Part shown: piece by piece, positions 59,950-64,000 of the stretch
Position numbering within the stretch: the stretch's first letter is position 1
How the letters are laid out: every line of letters starts with the position of its first letter
DNA from: Lama guanicoe
Lineage: Eukaryota
Direction: 5' to 3'
Length of the DNA: 64,000 nucleotides
NCBI GenBank assembly: GCA_013239625.1
Contig: MU053645.1
Coordinates: 1,604,274-1,668,273 of the forward strand
Position numbers and translations under genes: made by a program
Notes under the pieces: generated by a model
The model's database searches: none
Told to the model about the DNA's origin: nothing
Seen by the model: the letters and a program-made list of their open reading frames with translations, nothing else

Positions 59950-61230
59950 CCGCCGTTATTTCTCAGATTCTTATATGAGTTTGGAAATAAGTGCGCGCCT
60001 TTATTTCCCGTTCAGCCTCCGCAACAGGTGCTTCGGTGAGAGAGCTCGCTCCGGGGCTAAGTCGACCTGTCCACGCGGGTTGCAGATCCCGGTCCTCAGG
60101 GCCATCGCGGAGGGCAGGGCATGGAAGGGAAGGGTCAGAAGCAGTCTCATCCTTCATCCCGCTCCCTCACCCTCTCCTCCGCCGTAGCCAGACGGAAAAT
60201 TCCTCTCCCACGTTGCGAATACAAGCTAAAGCGACGCCCCCGTTACATCCCCCGCCCTCAGCCCGGGAAATCGTTGGCCTACCAGCTCCGCAATCAGCCG
60301 TACAGAATTCAAGTTCAAATTCGGTTTTGATGACCTGCCGTGGAGAAAGGGAATGGGAGTTGGACACGTAGACCCACATATTCCTCACCAGGAAGAGACC
60401 AGGAGATGCAAAGGGGGTTCAAGGCAGACAGATTGCGATTCTACCCCACCACCAGCCCCTTGCCACCACCATCCCTGAAACGTCCCCCTCTCAATCCAGG
60501 CAAATCCTACCCTTTAGGCAGCATCCCATGGAACCCCACCTCCTCCCTCAGCTCAGCGGGGCCAACAAGAGTGCTCCGTTCCCTGCCTCTCAGTTCTCGA
60601 TTCCCCAAGTGGGGAGCCACCCAGTCCTGGTGGGACTTCCTCCTCCTCCTCTCTCCACGCCAGGCAATCGCTCCCCCTTTCTTTACCTGTGCTCCGCTGG
60701 TGGACAGCGGATGCTCTGGCGTGGACAGCTGTGGATGCCGCCTCGCCGCCTCAGTAGGGAGAAAGGATGACGCCTCCTAGGCCGCTAAGAGACCCGGAGC
60801 AGCCAGACCAAGCTGCTTCGAAGCATTGCCCAGTAAGGGACAGCGGAGTCGAGGCAGCCCGGTTCCCACGGCAGCAGCGGCCGCCCCCGCCCACCCGCTG
60901 GGCCCTCCCAGCAGCCGCCGCTTCTTTTAGCCTCTGCCCATTGAGACAAAAGAGCATGATGAGCGGGGCGGCACGGCCAATCAGCGGAGCGCGGGGGCGG
61001 CCTCCCCGCGCAGCCTCCGGCCCGAGGCCATTGCTAGCAAAAAGGGGGGAGCCGGCCTGCGGGGGCTGCGGCACACGAGCGCGGGAGCCGGTGCGGTGTC
61101 AAGTGCAGCTCGGACTCACGGACCGGGCCGATTTGCATTTCACCCGTGAGTTTGCTGCTTCCCCCTTGCTTTCTTTCTTCCTCTCCCCTTCCACCTCTGC
61201 TGTCCTCCGCGCTTTGAGACCGGATGCCTT
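59950..61230. promoter_or_regulatory. ZCCHC18: CpG island / promoter and non-coding 5' exons of ZCCHC18
   Basis: CpG-dense; CCAAT (GGCCAATCAG) at 60977-60981 between GC boxes; candidate minus-strand donors CAG|GTAAAG (GT 60686-60685) and CTG|GTGAGG (GT 60388-60387); octamer ATTTGCAT at 61131-61138. Confidence 0.8.
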
Positions 61231-63594
61231 AAACACGAGGTGGGACAGAAATCAAGTGAACAATAAGAGTTCCTTACCTTTGTATAGGGGGAAGGGGGGA
61301 AAAGATTTACTGAGCGCTCTCTCCGTGCAAATGCATTTGCGCGGACATCTCATTTATTCTCAGAAGCCTTGTGAAGGAGGGAGCAGTATGCCCATTTAAC
61401 AGAGAGGGGACTTAAGCACTCAGTCACTCTGGTTAGGAAGTGCAGAGCTAAGAGCTCACACCCAAGTCGATATGTCTGATTTCAAGGGCTGCCCCTTGTA
61501 AACACTCTTCTCTCCTCTCAGACTGAGGGTTAGTGGAGAAAAGCCAAAGCCAAAGGGGAGATGGGAAGGTCCATTTGGAACTACATAGAATTAGTGAGCA
61601 AGGAATATTATCTCCATTTTACAAATGAGTAAACAGACACAGAGAGGTTAGGCGTCTTGCGCGATATCATACAGCAAATAAGTATCAGTATCCGATTTTA
61701 CACCTAAGTCAGTTGTTCTCCAAAGGCCAACTATTTATCCTCCTGAGTTGCCTAGAGGGCATTTTTCACATGGGCGGTCCCGAACCATTTCAACAGCTTC
61801 TTGGTGTCTTGGAAGTGCTGAGGGAGAGGTGGGGAGACAGTGGGGAGAGGGGAGGGGGAAGAGGTAGGCAACTTTTATGGTACCCATTGTACAAAAGAGG
61901 AAACTGAGATTCTTTTCTTTATCTTTTTTTTTTTACATTACAACAAGCTGTCTGCCTTTTTAAAAAAAAACATTTTTACAGCTTATGACCCCAAAGGAGA
62001 CAAGGCTCAGAGAGATAAAATGAGTTGCCTAAAATTACAAGGTGAAGCCAAAATTTGGACCAAGTCTCTCTGACACCAGAATCTATGCTATTAACCAAAG
62101 TATGGGTACAAGGCTGGCTGCCTCAGAATCATTTTCAAGAGCTTGTTAGAGATGCAAATTCCTGAGCCCCACCTCTGGGGGGGGTTGGATTTACTAGGAC
62201 TGGGCGTGGGGAGTGTGATTGATAGTTTTCACCAGTGCTGTAGTTAATTTTGAGGTGTAGAGAAGTTTGTGAACCACTTCTGAAAACACCACATCATGCT
62301 GAGGGCAGTAAGTCAATTGGTCTGTGGCCTACGTAACTGCCCACAAGGTATCTGTCGTGAGATTTAACTCCAAGACCTAGGGTCTTTCCTGAAATTGTTT
62401 GCAAAGATTAGAATTTGAACTCTTTATTTTTTGGAGTTCATAGCTTTGTAAATTTTCAGATGAGTCCAGAAATAGTTAAGGACCACCTCCCTACAATCTT
62501 TCTTCCTAACGTTTTTCTCTTTCAATTTGTGCTTGAGGAAGAAGTGTGAGAAACGAAACACAATTTGATCTAACCCCCGAACGACAGCCCTCAGCCGCTG
62601 GTATAGATAGCTCTTTCATTTCCTGGCTTGAGGACACGTTGCTAGGTTGCCCTTCTGTGAGCTCTTGAGGGGACCTCTTAAATGCTGAATTTGGCATCAC
62701 TGGCCTCAGAGAAGGAGCAACTCCATGGAAACGGCATGTAGGGCTGTCCAGAGTGAATGGACCGTGAAGCCAGTGGCAGAGAAATCTGCACCATTTTCCA
62801 TGATTTCTGGTTCTTGAAGAGCAGATCTTACTTCCCTTACATAGATTGTGGTTGGGAGGCCCCCTGCAGGGCTGGTTCTTCACTCCTGATGCTTGGAAGC
62901 AAATGAACACTGTGCCCTTTGACAGCTGTTGGGAGGTCTTCAACCTGCCGAGGTACTTCACCTGCTCCTTTCTGCCTTCTTTTTGACTTACCTCAATACC
63001 TAGAGTACCCTGGAGTAAACAATTCAAATTTGGAGATGAAGCACCTTCCATCTGAGGCCTGAGGGCTTTTTTGTGGATGGAACCACAGGGGGATTGGAGG
63101 GTGGAGGAAATAGAGAAGAAGGCTCGCCTCACACAGTCAGGGGTGATGCTGGCAGTAGCACTTGGGTTTCCTTCAGATTCTTGCTCCTGCTCCCCAACAT
63201 CGTGACATCTGACCCTGGGTCTCTTGCAGACTCTCATTCTGTGTTTAAATGGGCTGCATTGCCAAAGTAGGTGATCTGCAGTTGGACCTGGTGGGGTTGG
63301 GATCAGCCAGGACAAAGAATAGATCTTAGAGCTCTGACAAAAAAATGTGAAAAGAAACAGATTGGGTGCATGAGCCTGGATTGGGCCCTTAGAACAAAGT
63401 CAGGATCTCTTTTGCAAGGCTGGGAGGAGGGTATACTAAGCTGACTTCAGTTAGATATAGAGCATCTGTGATCTCTGGCCTCATGTATGGAAGTGTGTTC
63501 CAATTCATGGCTGTAATGTGAGCACATTTTCCAATTTCAACAAAAAAAATCTTAAAAGCCTGAAGGTTAGGGAGATAAAGCTTTTAGTTGAAAC

Positions 63595-63820
63595 AATAAT
63601 AGCTGCCCTTCACTACCTGCCTCCTCTGTGCCAGGAACTTGCTGTTGATTATCTCATTTAAGGTTCTCAGCAACGCCACTGATACAGACATTGTTATCCC
63701 ATTTTGCAGTTAGGACAACTGAGTTTCAGGGAGGTTAGGTAACTTGTATAAGGCCAAACTCCTTGTAAGTGGAGGCACTGGGACTCCAGCCCAAGGCTGG
63801 CAGACTCCAAGGCCCATCTT
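63595..63820 (-). mobile_element. MIR SINE remnant (others at about 30590-30845, 39630-39845, 54555-54835, 61300-61730)
   Basis: tgtgccagg...tctcattta...cccattttgcagttaggacaactgag...gaggttaggtaacttg MIR core. Confidence 0.7.
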
Positions 63821-64000
63821 CTCTGTTGTCTTCCAGATAAGCAATTTAAAATGCACTCTTCAGTTGACCCAGTACATTAGACTGATTTCAGCCTTTAGAA
63901 GAATGTGGTGGTAATCTTATCTATATTCCAGGGATCTTTCTCTTTTTTTTTTAATGAGACGATTAATATAACTTACGGAGCAACTTGTGTACCAGGTACC

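Noticed and set aside
61327..61340. 14-bp palindrome GCAAATGCATTTGC
   Set aside because: Lies in a MIR remnant; a palindrome this long is expected by chance in 64 kb.
60340..61399. 146-aa and 210-aa plus-strand ORFs
   Set aside because: CpG-island artefacts; the 210-aa ORF runs into a MIR.
62506..63315. SLC25A53 coding exon
   Set aside because: Wrong strand for the inferred SLC25A53 transcript, and no mitochondrial-carrier PX[DE]XX[KR] repeats or transmembrane pattern.

Overview
Mammalian X-chromosome DNA, most likely camelid judging by vic-1-like tRNA-derived SINEs and the L1 3' ends. It matches the FAM199X / SLC25A53 / ZCCHC18 neighbourhood, read in reverse relative to the human reference as I recall it. 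Minus strand: FAM199X coding exons 1-4 (ATG at 18656; gene runs off the left edge) with a CpG-island promoter, and the single-coding-exon, Gag-derived PNMA-family gene ZCCHC18 (58215-59417) with its own CpG island. A CpG island at about 32.2-32.7 kb looks like a plus-strand promoter and non-coding first exon, by synteny SLC25A53, whose coding exon is not in the window; this would nest ZCCHC18 antisense in its intron. The rest is mostly L1, L2, MIR, LTR and DNA-transposon debris, several copies with clear target-site duplications (TSDs), plus two N gaps. Most notable unexplained signals: a 297-codon stop-free minus-strand frame upstream of ZCCHC18 containing a 342-nt exon candidate with strong splice sites, a triplicated CTCF-like 20-mer, paired (GGC)9 tracts in the FAM199X leader, and a possibly bidirectional ZCCHC18 promoter. 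Repeat family names and orthology come from recall, not database searches.
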